Made by a program: the position numbers and the translations under genes
Source: Thermodesulfobacteriota bacterium
Lineage (GTDB): Bacteria > Desulfobacterota_D > UBA1144 > Nemesobacterales > UBA2774
Direction of reading: 5' to 3'
Assembly: GCA_965216785.1 (NCBI GenBank)
Contig: OZ244197.1
Span: 1,248,001-1,312,000, forward strand
Length of the DNA stretch: 64,000 nucleotides
The notes under the pieces: model-generated
What the model was told of the DNA's origin: nothing
The model's database searches: none
Seen by the model: the letters and a program-made list of their open reading frames with translations, nothing else
Part shown: positions 29,701 to 40,600 of the stretch, in pieces
How the letters are laid out: the number at the start of each line of letters is the position of its first letter
Position numbering within the stretch: position 1 is the stretch's first letter

Positions 29701-30054
29701 ATGGGAAAATACGGATTATCACTATTGTTCATTATCTTATTGCTTTTGCCTACAGCCTCTTTCGCAGATGGAACACTGAAGTGTGGAATAAAGCCGATAC
29801 CTAAAGTAGGCTGTCTAATCGGTCGTTGTGTAGACGGTATGTGGGAACAGATATGTGATACTTCACCTATATTGAATTGTGGGATAAGACCTATTCCTGA
29901 AGTTGGCTGTAGGATAGGTCAATGTGTAAATGGACAGTGGGAACAGGTGTGCGATACATCTCCCATATTATCCTGCGGCATTAAACCAATACCTGATATT
30001 GGCTGCAAAATAGGTGGATGCGTAAACGGAAAATGGGAACAGATATGTGACTGA
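29701..30054 (+). CDS. Secreted cysteine-rich triple-repeat protein
   Basis: Signal peptide, then three 32-aa repeats CGIKPIP..GC.IG.CV.G.WEQICD. Confidence 0.8.
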   Translation: MGKYGLSLLFIILLLLPTASFADGTLKCGIKPIPKVGCLIGRCVDGMWEQICDTSPILNCGIRPIPEVGCRIGQCVNGQWEQVCDTSPILSCGIKPIPDIGCKIGGCVNGKWEQICD

Positions 30055-30240
30055 TTGATTTTGTTCATTATTTGACTTATCTAATAAATACAATGTGTTA
30101 CGAATGAGCTGTGATTGTAAAAGGTGAACAATCCACTATTTTTAGCTATTTTTTTTACGTTATTTGTCTGAAAAATCGTTTTCCTATATAGATAGCGATA
30201 GCTCCGGTTCTTCCGTTCTTCTGCCTTATAGCTTAAAAGC

Positions 30241-30891
30241 TTACTTCAGCAACCCTTCATTAATCTTTTTATTTCCCACCTCTAGATATATTTCGGGCTT
30301 CCTTGCTTTCGGACTATATATCCCTAAAAGATTTCCATTAGTGGAGAAGAGAAAACTTTTATCATAAGTCTTACGATAAATATATTCTATTACTTTCCTA
30401 AATAAACCTGTATCTACATGCTCTTGAGATTGGTGTTCTCTTATTTTCTCCCTTACAGTTTTGCATTGCTCAGACCATTGCAGACCAAGAATATCCTCTG
30501 GGAGAGTTATTACCTTAAAGTTATGTATACCTACAAAAGCTACCTGACATATACTTCCTACTGGTGGGTATTCTCGCTCATGTTTTATCCATATATGAGG
30601 TCGAAACATTCTTCTTTCATAACTCTCTCTACTTTTTCTAGCTTTTTCTTCCTGTTCTTCTAGTTGATTAAGAGTTAGTTCATATGCTTTCTGGTGAACT
30701 AGAGGGTCTAGACCTAATGCAGTGGGTAGCTTTTTTCTTAAAGAATCCGGACATTGACCTGTTTGGATAAGGTGGTCTAAACGTCGAAAACCCTTATTTA
30801 GGTTCTTATACCCGAGCTTTTTTACTATAGTGAGTTTGTCTTCTTTACTTCTAGATGTATACCGAAGTATAAGTTTGGAGATTTGGTACAT
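30241..30891 (-). CDS. Hypothetical protein (possible N-terminal HTH)
   Basis: 216-aa ORF with GAGGTG RBS; family not recognised with confidence. Confidence 0.65.
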   Translation of the reverse strand: MYQISKLILRYTSRSKEDKLTIVKKLGYKNLNKGFRRLDHLIQTGQCPDSLRKKLPTALGLDPLVHQKAYELTLNQLEEQEEKARKSRESYERRMFRPHIWIKHEREYPPVGSICQVAFVGIHNFKVITLPEDILGLQWSEQCKTVREKIREHQSQEHVDTGLFRKVIEYIYRKTYDKSFLFSTNGNLLGIYSPKARKPEIYLEVGNKKINEGLLK

Positions 30892-31110
30892 TTGTTCACC
30901 TCTTTAGCTGAATTTATTAAGCACCCGCAATCTGGTGTTTCAAATCAGTGCTAATAATATTTTAGTCAGAACTAATGAGTATATCAAATATCACAAACGT
31001 ATATATCGGTGGGAACTATATTCAGTGCCTATATATGGTTTGCCGGTTTAGGCTTGATAGTCTAACCTCAAAACTAGATTAAAATTGTTTGATATACAGC
31101 TCATATGGGA

Positions 31111-31240
31111 TGTAATGCTCCCCTTTTGTCAGGACCGATTTAATTTGGAATCATGAACAAAGCCAACTAGCCTTCATGACCTTCTATATAGGGTTTCTGT
31201 CAAAATTCTAACTTATGGACCTATTATTGGGAGCAGGTCA
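31111..31240. mobile_element. 130-bp MITE with IS3/IS150-like ends
   Basis: TGTAATGCTCCCC ... GGGAGCAGGTCA (TG...CA); homologous to 36253-36383. Confidence 0.75.
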
Positions 31241-31353
31241 AATTGCCTTACTCGGAATGCACTTAGATTTTACTCATTTCAACAGATCACATATTACCTA
31301 TTACATTATCGAATCCAAGAATATTGGCGAGCTCTCATAGAACTATGTTCGTT

Positions 31354-31605
31354 TTACGTCAAGGATTCGAGATAAGATTTCATGTTCTCGATCTTCTCGC
31401 TGTTTAGTGAGTAAAGCCGGTTTTGTCTCACCTTGCGCTCGCTCACTATATCGGCTTCCTTTAGGATTTTCAGGTGATTAGATATAGCTGGTTTTGAAAT
31501 CTCAAACTTGCTGGCGATTTCTCCCGCAGCAGTCTCACCCTGACTTAAATATTCCAGAATCTTTCTTCTGGTATCGTCTGCAATAGCCTTATATGGGCAA
31601 CCCAT
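31354..31605 (-). CDS. ArsR/SmtB-family transcriptional regulator
   Basis: AIADDTRRKIL..L...AGEIA..F.ISKPAISNHLKILKEA. Confidence 0.9.
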   Translation of the reverse strand: MGCPYKAIADDTRRKILEYLSQGETAAGEIASKFEISKPAISNHLKILKEADIVSERKVRQNRLYSLNSEKIENMKSYLESLT

Positions 31606-31996
31606 AATTGATTCCCTCCTTGTGATTTTATTACCCTCTCATGGCAATACTTTGAACGTCAGACGGTTGCAGTGACGTTCTACAGCTCAGCCAATTGTAG
31701 TACTGGGGGAAGCCTGGACATTAGATAGGGATGAGCCAAAAACCGTACATATAAGAGTAATCACTACAATCAAAAGCAGCTTTCTCATAATGAACCCCCT
31801 TACATTCACTATTTTGCCTGCTGTCTTGTCTTAATTGAAATGACTTTCTATTAACTACTATATATTAGTTATAATTAGATTACAACTTGGAGAACGGTAT
31901 AATGGCTTATCTTGCTACATTTCAATTATTTGCAGTACACATAAAGCTGAATTGGGTTGACTTGAGGGGAATAGTAGTTGTCAGCAATTTAAATAC

Positions 31997-33925
31997 TTAA
32001 TGTGAAGTATCTTTCAACACATTAATAATAGTTTCGCTAAGCACCTCTATTCTATAAGGTTTTTTTACAATAGCATTGAAACCAAATTTTTGATAATCCG
32101 ACAACACTGGGTCATTATAGTATCCGCTCGAAACAACAGCTCTTATATTCGGATCTAATGATCTTAGAATTTTAATTGCTTCACTGCCCCCCATACCACC
32201 TGGAATGGTAAGGTCCATAATTACAACGTCGAAAGGATTATTTTCTTTTGCCTGTTTATATTTATCTATCGCCTCTACACCGTCTGATGCGTAATCTACG
32301 TCATAACCAATTTTCTTTAACATGCGTCCGGTTGCTTTCCTTATTAACGCTTCATCATCCATTAATAGTATTCTGCCTTTCCCATACGAAACGCTCTTTT
32401 TGGGGCTACTTTTACTTTTGGCCAATTTATCACTGGAAGGGAGGTAAATATGGAATTTAGTTCCTACACCAAGTTTTGATTCTACATCTATATTCCCTCC
32501 ATGATTTGTTACTATTGAATACACACTTGAAAGACCAAGACCGTGTCCCTGCTCCTTTGTTGTATAATAAGGATCAAATATCTTATCCAAATCTTTTTGA
32601 TCTATGCCTATGCCGTTATCCTCAATTGTGATTTTAATATACTTGCCACTCCCTGGTTGAATTTTATCGGTTTTTTTTACTAATAGATTAATTACGTTCA
32701 CTTTAATAGTCCCACCATCTGGCATAGATTGTTGGGCATTTATTACTATGTTTTCAATCACCTGACTTATATGACTTTCATCTAGTTCAATATTCCATAA
32801 ACCATCCTCTATGCTAAATTCACATTTTGATTTTGATCCGCTTACAGCAAAATTCGCTACATCACATATAAAGTCGTCAAAGTTGGAGACCAGCTTTTTA
32901 ACTGGGGCACCTCCCTTTGAAAAAGTTAGAAATTGTGCTACTAAATCAGAAGCTCTATCTGTAGCATCTTCTATTTCAGAAAATAATTGAAGTAACTGAT
33001 CGTCAATCTTAGGGTGAGTCTTTGCAATGCTTAGATTCCCAATAATTGAAGTTAAAAGATTGTTGAAATCATGTGCTATACCACCCGCTAGAACTCCAAG
33101 GGACTCTAGCTTTTTGGCCCTGAGCAATTCTTCCTCTATGTTTTTTCGCTGCGTGATGTCAGCTACAAAACCGACCATTCTTGATTTTTCCTCATCACTG
33201 TCCATAAAGAAAAATCCTTTGTCTTCCACTACTATATAGTCCCCCCCCTTTTTTCTCACTCTGTACTCTAAGTTAAATGGTTCTTTTTTGTTTACCACTC
33301 TATCTAATTCATCTTGAAATTGTTCGATGTCTTCAGGGTGGATAAGCTCTAACCAATGATTTAGATCGTCTTGAATTTCGTTTTCAGAGTAACCTAGTAT
33401 CCTTTCCAAGTCTCCGCCGTAAGTAACTTTATTCGTTAATGTATCCCAATCATATAGAAGCTGGCTGCTTGCATTAATAGCTGCCTCGTAGCGGTTCCTC
33501 CACTCTACAACGGAGGCTTTTGCTTTTTTCTGCTCACTAATATCTTCGCAAATTATAAATATGAATTTTTGACCATCTTCTGAAATCACACGTGCACTTT
33601 CTTTAACCCAGAGGACATTCCCATCTTTACGAATTTTGCGTAATTCCCAATTGTGTATTTTATTTGGTTCTTTTAGGCACTCTCTGATTTGTTTGAGTAC
33701 TAGCTTTTTATCATCAGGATGAAAGACATCAAGAACCTGTTGACCAATAAGTTCATCATGCTTATAACCAAGTACTTTCGCCCCGTTTTTATTTGCCGAA
33801 AGAACATAACCTTCTGAATCAATGATGAAGTGCATCAAAGGACTAAATTCATATAGCTCACGAAACAAATTATCGTTAAAGCCTACTCGGTCCTTTCTTT
33901 TTATATTTTTAATATTTTCAGCCAT
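31997..33925 (-). CDS. PAS-PAS hybrid sensor histidine kinase/response regulator
   Basis: Two PAS domains, GGIAHDFNNLL H-box, HATPase_c, C-terminal REC (MDLTIPG). Confidence 0.92.
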   Translation of the reverse strand: MAENIKNIKRKDRVGFNDNLFRELYEFSPLMHFIIDSEGYVLSANKNGAKVLGYKHDELIGQQVLDVFHPDDKKLVLKQIRECLKEPNKIHNWELRKIRKDGNVLWVKESARVISEDGQKFIFIICEDISEQKKAKASVVEWRNRYEAAINASSQLLYDWDTLTNKVTYGGDLERILGYSENEIQDDLNHWLELIHPEDIEQFQDELDRVVNKKEPFNLEYRVRKKGGDYIVVEDKGFFFMDSDEEKSRMVGFVADITQRKNIEEELLRAKKLESLGVLAGGIAHDFNNLLTSIIGNLSIAKTHPKIDDQLLQLFSEIEDATDRASDLVAQFLTFSKGGAPVKKLVSNFDDFICDVANFAVSGSKSKCEFSIEDGLWNIELDESHISQVIENIVINAQQSMPDGGTIKVNVINLLVKKTDKIQPGSGKYIKITIEDNGIGIDQKDLDKIFDPYYTTKEQGHGLGLSSVYSIVTNHGGNIDVESKLGVGTKFHIYLPSSDKLAKSKSSPKKSVSYGKGRILLMDDEALIRKATGRMLKKIGYDVDYASDGVEAIDKYKQAKENNPFDVVIMDLTIPGGMGGSEAIKILRSLDPNIRAVVSSGYYNDPVLSDYQKFGFNAIVKKPYRIEVLSETIINVLKDTSH

Positions 33926-34091
33926 GAGCTTCAGGTATTTTTATTAATCCATTCATTATTAGTTGTTCAATATAAGCCTTTATACTGAATACCCTTATCT
34001 GAGCATGTCAGTATCTCAACTAAATCACATCTAAGATACCTTGTTTCAATCTATCTTATTTAGTTTAGCAGAAATTCTAAAATTTAGTAAC

Positions 34092-34211
34092 TATACTGCT
34101 CCCCATTAAGAAGTGAGTATAGTTAAGTTGGAAAAAAAGCTATACGGAGGGAGCAATGAAGCGAAGAAGATGGGATTCTAAAACAAAGACTAAGATAGTA
34201 CTTGAAGGTCT
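34092..34211 (+). pseudogene. IS3-family left end with truncated OrfA start
   Basis: TATACTGCTCCCC end, GGAGG RBS, ATG at 34156 encoding MKRRRWDSKTKTKIVLEGL (IS3 OrfA-like), cut by another IS end at 34212. Confidence 0.75.
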
Positions 34212-34326
34212 TGTACTGCACCCCTTCTTTTGTCAAGCTCAGATTAAGTTGGAATACTGAAGATTGTGCACTCTTCTAAGCCAATCAAATGACTTCCTGT
34301 ATATAGGGTTTTCTGGCAGTAGTCCA
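34212..34326 (+). mobile_element. Partial MITE copy with IS150-like end
   Basis: TGTACTGCACCCC..TTTTGTCAAGCTCAGATTAAGTTGGAAT; interior ATGAC.TC.TATATAGGGTTT shared with 31111-31240. Confidence 0.7.
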
Positions 34327-34430
34327 AAATGGTAGAGGAAAATAATTTCTTGACTGGATATTCCACATTGTGATACGATGAGATTTTGTAGGAGTCATTT
34401 AATAGACTCTGCTTTTATTCCAATTGGCTA

Positions 34431-34682
34431 ATGGAGGTACCCATGCCAAAGTTTATAGATGTACATGATATGGAGCCGTTCACTGCAGAACAGCTTAAAG
34501 AACTTCAGGATGCACCTGCAGACGAATTTGGAGTCACGCATCATGATATTCTATTTAACGAGGGTGAAAACAGGATTTACTGCATCCTGGATGCTCCCAA
34601 TGCAGAAGCGATTCACAAGCATCATGAAAAGGCTGGCATCAAATGTGAATGGGTCCATGAAGTGAAGTCGACACGAACCTGA
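34431..34682 (+). CDS. DUF4242 (SCO4226-like) small protein
   Basis: MPKFIDVH...IYCILDAPNAEAI.KHH..AG....VHEV; likely start at ATG 34443. Confidence 0.8.
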   Translation: MEVPMPKFIDVHDMEPFTAEQLKELQDAPADEFGVTHHDILFNEGENRIYCILDAPNAEAIHKHHEKAGIKCEWVHEVKSTRT

Positions 34683-34716
34683 CTGGTCCTTGGTGGTTTC
34701 ACCACCACAATCGACC

Positions 34717-34807
34717 TTTTCGTCAAGCTGCGTAAAAGTGGAGCAGTATAATCTGCCCACTATAATAGGTCCATAAGTTAAGTTAGATTTTTATGGAGAG
34801 CAGGTCA
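34717..34807. repeat. Cluster of three abutting IS-like ends
   Basis: AAAAGTGGAGCAGTATA joined to TAATCTGCCCACTATAATAGGTCCATAAG, and GGAGAGCAGGTCA. Confidence 0.65.
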
Positions 34808-34892
34808 AATACTATTGAAAATATATCCACCTGTGATACTATTATAGTTGCTAAGTTGTTAAATTTAGAAATCTGTATTATAGGGGGATATA

Positions 34893-36083
34893 ATGAAAAA
34901 GTTTATAATTAGTATACCCGTTTTACTGTTGTTGACCGTATTTTCCGTCCGTGCCAATGCCGATTTCGGCGATCTTTTTATCCAGGTAGAGTTGAATACC
35001 TCTCCTCAGGGATGTTCGATATTGAAAGTAGATCCGGCTGGAGGACTTTCTGAGTTTATTTCTAATGCCGAGATTCTAACTGTTTCTGGAGCTGCTAGTG
35101 CTGACTGTGATGACGCTGGACTTGCCGCAGGCTTGGATGGAAAAGTTTATTTCAATGAGGACATCTCCGACAATATATTCGTTGCAAATCCAAACGGACA
35201 GCTAGGACTATTCATCTCTGACGATGTGGTAGACAGTATAGTGCCTGGTAATGATGATGTTGATTGGGATAACGGGCTCGCTGTGGGCCCTCGATCCGGA
35301 GACCTTTTCGCGGCCGATGAGGACAATGAGATAATATTTAAGTTTTCTACGAATGTACCCACTCCTATTATAGACACGGCTTTTATAGATATATTAGCGA
35401 CTGAAGCGGATTTTGAAGCTCTTGTTTCAACAGCAGACCTTGAAGGTGGAATTGCTGTAGATTTCGAGGATAATGTCTATATCACTAACGACGGCGGCGG
35501 TACTTCTGACGTTATATTTAAGTTAAGCCCACTAGGTGATGTCTCTATACTATGTACTAATGCGGAGCTAGAAGCTGTTACAGGTGGGGATATTGATCTG
35601 GACGTAGGCGCGGTATTCGGCGGCAGCTTGTTCGTTAGTGACGACGGTGATTGCGACTGTGTCCTGGAGATTGATACAGAATCCTGCAACCCAAGGGTTA
35701 TAATTACTGAGGATGATATTACTGCGGCCACGGGGAATTCATCTGCAGACCTCGAAGGCGGTCTGTGTATAGGTCCGAATAGAGCTTTGTTTATTGGGGA
35801 CGACGCTTCAAGTGGTAATGGCGACATACCTAATATTCTGAAGTCGCCCATTACTGAGCGCTCGGGAGTCTCGATCTTTGTGTCTGACACTGCAATCGAT
35901 TCTTTTTATGCTATAGCGGAGCCGGGTTCAGATCCACAGCTGAGGGGCTCATGCAGTGTAGAGGGAGGTTTTGATAGACAGGCTTCAATCCCCACACTTT
36001 CGGAATGGGGTCTAATAGCAATGGCTGGATTATTAGGAATTATTGGTCTATTGGCTATTCGTAGAAAAAGGGTGACAGCTTAA
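34893..36083 (+). CDS. Acidic secreted repeat (beta-propeller-like) protein with IPTL-CTERM sorting signal
   Basis: Signal peptide, repeated DLEGG-like units, C-terminal IPTLSEWG + TM helix + RRKR. Confidence 0.85.
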   Translation: MKKFIISIPVLLLLTVFSVRANADFGDLFIQVELNTSPQGCSILKVDPAGGLSEFISNAEILTVSGAASADCDDAGLAAGLDGKVYFNEDISDNIFVANPNGQLGLFISDDVVDSIVPGNDDVDWDNGLAVGPRSGDLFAADEDNEIIFKFSTNVPTPIIDTAFIDILATEADFEALVSTADLEGGIAVDFEDNVYITNDGGGTSDVIFKLSPLGDVSILCTNAELEAVTGGDIDLDVGAVFGGSLFVSDDGDCDCVLEIDTESCNPRVIITEDDITAATGNSSADLEGGLCIGPNRALFIGDDASSGNGDIPNILKSPITERSGVSIFVSDTAIDSFYAIAEPGSDPQLRGSCSVEGGFDRQASIPTLSEWGLIAMAGLLGIIGLLAIRRKRVTA

Positions 36084-36119
36084 ACTTAAACAAAACTAAA
36101 CAATACAAATTGTATATAG

Positions 36120-36150
36120 AAAGGGGAGCTTCGGCTCCCCTTTGTGTTTT
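36120..36150 (+). terminator. Rho-independent terminator
   Basis: AAAGGGGAGC-TTCG-GCTCCCCTTT followed by a T-rich tail. Confidence 0.85.
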
Positions 36151-36164
36151 GAATTGATATCCTA

Positions 36165-36205
36165 ATTCCAACTTAATCTGAGCTTGACAAAAGTGGAGCA
36201 GTCCA
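36165..36205 (-). repeat. IS150-like terminal repeat
   Basis: Reverse complement TGGACTGCTCCACTTTTGTCAAGCTCAGATTAAGTTGGAAT; inner part identical to the copy at 34212. Confidence 0.8.
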
Positions 36206-36252
36206 AACTTACCAACTAGCAGGTTAAGAGTAAGACTTCATGGCCTGAGTTC

Positions 36253-36383
36253 TGACATGCCCCCCATAATAGTCCATAAGCTAGCTTCTTGAAAGGAAAC
36301 CATACGTACAGAATATCATCAGAATCACCACTAAACGTAGCATTCTAGCTTAAACCGATCTTGACGAAAGGAGGAGCAGTACA
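36253..36383. mobile_element. 131-bp MITE with IS3/IS150-like ends
   Basis: TGACATGCCCCCCATAATAGTCCATAAG ... CTTGACGAAAGGAGGAGCAGTACA; inverted homolog of 31111-31240. Confidence 0.7.
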
Positions 36384-36559
36384 ATAGTTCCTTCAAATTA
36401 ACTATTAATATAGAAAAATTATGGCTCTATCAAACTAGACATAAGGCTCAATAATTATCCTCTGCATTGTAGAATTATTCTTAGAAAATACTTAGAAATG
36501 AAACAGGGGCTAACGGGTAGCCCCTATAATGTTAGTGAGAAATGTTTGAATAATGCAGC

Positions 36560-36667
36560 TTACATGTTTTCAATCTCACAATACGATAGATTAATTTCTT
36601 CGGCTTTATTTGTTTTCATCCATTCTTCTACCTCACTCAGCTTGAATCGGATTAATCTGCCAATTCT
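36560..36667 (-). pseudogene. C-terminal fragment of an excisionase-type HTH protein
   Basis: RIGRLIRFKLSEVEEWMK... preceded by an in-frame stop; no upstream start. Confidence 0.55.
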
Positions 36668-36713
36668 TTAGAGAAAATTTGAGGTTTGTCCGGATTTGCA
36701 CAACTTGACAGAT

Positions 36714-37454
36714 TTATAACTCGCCTTCTCTCTTTTTGCTTCTATCGGTGTCTCTAAACGATACCAGATATGCGGTTCCACTATACCATTCTATCTGCAC
36801 TACTTGCATCTCCATTACTACGTTAAGGCCGCATTTGTGACTGATGTTGACTTTTGTCCTTTTGCCCGTATTCAAAGGAAAATCAAAATAACTTCCGTGC
36901 ATTTCTTCTTCATTACGGCCAAAGAGAAGCTCGGCGGCGGCGTTGATATATTGGACGTATCCATTCTTATTTACTATTACTAAGCCGTTGGGGTTACCGT
37001 GCAGTGCATTAAGGAAATAGTCTACGCCCTCCGGGTCTGATACTTTAGAGTGTCTATTACTTTCCATCATGAATCTGAGGTAAGAATGTAAAATGCTGCG
37101 TGCCAGATTCACAGTCTTTATCTCGTTTTTTATAAGGTAACCTTGCGCACCCATCTGAATTGATTTTATTGCCATTACTTCATCTTCATTTGCCGTCACG
37201 ATGATAATTGGTGTATTTGGTGCGTGCTTTTGCAATTTGATAAATGTATCAATTTCTTGACTATCCGGGAGATTGAGATCTAAAAGAACCAAGTCGATAT
37301 TTTCATGTGTCAGTTGTTTAAGTCCTTTTGAAAGACAATCAGCCCAATCCACTTCGAATGTTACCAGTTCTGACTTATGAAGCTTTCTTTTAACTATTTG
37401 TGAGTAATCATAATTGTCCTCAATCAATAGGACTTTTATATATTCGTTTTGCAT
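36714..37454 (-). CDS. Response regulator REC-PAS protein lacking an output domain (possibly truncated)
   Basis: LLIEDN..LLDLNLPD REC, then PAS ending at SFRDTDRSKKRE, where a kinase or GGDEF domain normally follows. Confidence 0.75.
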   Translation of the reverse strand: MQNEYIKVLLIEDNYDYSQIVKRKLHKSELVTFEVDWADCLSKGLKQLTHENIDLVLLDLNLPDSQEIDTFIKLQKHAPNTPIIIVTANEDEVMAIKSIQMGAQGYLIKNEIKTVNLARSILHSYLRFMMESNRHSKVSDPEGVDYFLNALHGNPNGLVIVNKNGYVQYINAAAELLFGRNEEEMHGSYFDFPLNTGKRTKVNISHKCGLNVVMEMQVVQIEWYSGTAYLVSFRDTDRSKKREGEL

Positions 37455-37494
37455 ATGGCTTGCTCCTCCATTAATGTTCGTTATGTGCTTTCTG

Positions 37495-37540
37495 TGTACT
37501 GCTCCCCAGTATGATGACCAAATTAAGTCGGAATTATGAA
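37495..37540 (+). repeat. IS150-like terminal repeat
   Basis: TGTACTGCTCCCC...ATTAAGTCGGAAT. Confidence 0.65.
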
Positions 37541-37660
37541 GTTTACATTACTCATTCTAGAGCCTTATGTCCTAGGTTGTAAACACTCTTTCTGAAGTGA
37601 ACAGACAGAAATGGCGACGGTAAAAGATATAGCTCGGAATCGCCTGACTCTATATAGATT

Positions 37661-40600
37661 TTAATGCTCTGGCGACATAACCACATCGTGTAAAACTTTA
37701 CTCACATTATTAATATTATAAGGTTTTGGCATGAAAGCTTTAAATCCATATTTATCGTAATTGGATATGCCTCCGTTCTCAGAGTATCCACTTGATACAA
37801 TAGCCTTAAGATTCGGGTTTATGTCGAGCAATTTCTTCAAGGTCTCTTTTCCTCCGATGTCTCCGGGAATAGTCAAGTCGAGAATCACCGCATCCAATCT
37901 ATCGCCGGATTCTACGGATTCATTGTAGATTTTTATTGCTTCGGAACTGTTTTTAGCTAATATAGGATTGTATCCGAGCTGTGTTATCATTTCACTAAGA
38001 GTTTCTCTGATCTTCAACTCATCATCCATTATTAGTACATTCCCTTCACCTCTCTTGAGATTAAATTCTTTATCCTCCAACTCAGAGGGAGACTCTTTGA
38101 TTGCGGGAAGATAGATAGTAAATGTCGATCCTTCGTTTACTTTAGAGTCTACGGTTATATGTCCGTTGTGCTGTTTTACAATGGAGAATGAAGACGCAAG
38201 CCCAAGGCCGCTCCCATGTTCTTTTGTGGTGAAAAAAGGATCGAATATCTTCTGCAAGTGCTCTTTGGGTATACCGCCTCCGCTGTCTTTTACGTTTACC
38301 TCTACATATTCCCCCTGCGGCAGATTTAGATTATTTCCTTCCTCTAATATAACGTTTTTTGCTCCCACTTGTATTGAACCACCATCGGGCATTGCATGCT
38401 GGGCATTTATAATAAGATTATTGATAACCTGGTTTATCTGTCCCTCGTCAATCTCTACCGGCAGTAGGTTGTCTTCTATAGAGAAATCGCATTCTACGTT
38501 TGAACCTCTAAGGGCGAATTTTGTTGAATCTTCTAGTATTTCATGAATAGTCATAACTTTTACATTAGGCTCACCGCCTTTAGAGAATGTAAGAAGCTGC
38601 TGAGTTAACCCAGTTGCTCTTTGAATTGCGTCTTCTGCTTCCGAAAGCCATTTGGACATATAATCATTCGGGTCCGTTTTAGGCTCACATTACCCAAAAC
38701 TATAGTTAAGAGATTATTAAAATCATGCGCGATACCGCCAGCAAGCAGGCTCAGTGATTCCAGTTTTTGAGATTTTAGGAGTTCTTCTTCCATTTTCATG
38801 CGCTCAGTGATGTCTGTTGAATAAAGAACAGCCCGAGTCTCCCCGGACGAGGTTGTAAATGGTGTACCTGTGCTTTCAAGCCACCTATATTCCCCATTTT
38901 TATGTTTGTATCTAAGGTGCTGGATACCAGCATTAGAAAAATTCTCCAGTCCGGTAATCATACTATTAAATACGGCGTTTTTGTCTTCTGGATGAATATT
39001 ATCAAATACACTTGTGCCAATAAGTTCCTCAGGGTCATAGCCCATTTGATCTTTATGATTCTTGTTTACGAATAAAAATTCGCCCTTTGTATTTATTTCA
39101 ACTATTAAATCATGTGAGTACTCAACTAAGGCGCGGTACCGTTCTTCAATCTCCCGCCTCTTTTCTTCCTCAAGTTTACGCTCGGTAATATCACGAGATG
39201 TTATAACGCCTCGATCTTCTCCACTTGCTGTTTTAAATAACTTGCCGATGCTATTGAGCCACCGCCAGGAGCCGTCTTTATGCCTATATCTAAAACTTAC
39301 TTCATTGCTGGAGGTTAAGGTATTCTTCGCGTGAATAAATTTACTAAGTACATGGTTTTTATCATCAGGATGGACGAAATCGAAAATACTTTTGCCTATA
39401 AGCTCTTCTGGGTCATAGCCCAGATATTCTTTATGATTCTTGTTTGCGAATAAAAATTTACTGTCTGCACTGACTTCTACAATCAAATCGTACGAGTGCT
39501 CAACAATTGTGCGATACCTGTTTTCGCTTTCTATTAGCGCATCTGACTGTTTTGTATTACCGATTGCGGTTTCGACCTGCTGTGCAACTATATTCAGAAG
39601 GTATATTTCATCGTCACTAAATGCGTTTTTCTCAAAAGAATGCAAATTAATGCAACCTATTACCTTACCCTTGTAATGGAAGGGCATGGACAAATAACTC
39701 CTTGTTCCGACCTCTCTCCCGGCGGGTCCAATATATTCGTCCTGGTCTACATCCGGACAATATCTCAGCTTCCCTTCCATCAATACCTTCCATGTAAAGC
39801 CCTTAGGGTAGGGAATTTTTCCTAACCGCTGAACAAACCATTCTGGCAATCCTTTTGAGGTTTTTAATACGGCATCATCCCCCTCAATCATAAAAATTGA
39901 TACGTGTTCAGCTATTTCCATATTCCTGCTAAGTGATTGAGCCGCATTTTCTAGAACGTCTTCTAGCCTGGTTGATTTGTGCACGTTACGTGTAATCAAG
40001 CTGATAATAGATTCATACTTACTCTTTTTATATAACCTATTGAAGTTTCCCTTTATTTCGTTTTCCGCAATCTCTTGATCTATGCGCGTGGCAATCATAT
40101 TAGCAACGGATTGCAAGAAATTAATGTCATCTTGAGTGAAATTTCTTAGCTTTTTAGTGTGAGCGCCTATGACGCCATAAATTTTTTCTTTGCACTTGAT
40201 GGAGGTGCTGATCCCGCTTATAACGCTATGATCGTGAAGAAGAGCAGGTCCTGAAAATCTTTCTTCTGTTTGCAGGTTTTTTACTGTAACTGGATGTTCT
40301 GAATACAAGGTATAACCGGCCTGGGAATCGTCGCCGCCCGGAACGACGGTCTTACCCACACTTCCGTCTTTCCATCCGATGCCGGCAACAAGCAGAAAAT
40401 CCTCACCGTCCGGTAGGAGCTTTAGAATCTTGCAGTATTCAATTCCTAAGCCCCTAGCAACTAAGTTTACTGTTTTATCCATAAATTCCGAAAGATCATT
40501 GATAGATAAGGAAGATTGTCCGAGATTTGCAATTATCTCATTCTGGTAAGCCCGGATTCTTAGCTCATCTAAAATCTGTTTCTTTTCTTTGATTTCATTC

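Noticed and set aside
38670-38690. Programmed -1 frameshift in the hybrid kinase
   Set aside because: Only CTAAAAC is present, and about 3 codons are also missing relative to the paralog, which favours a deletion.
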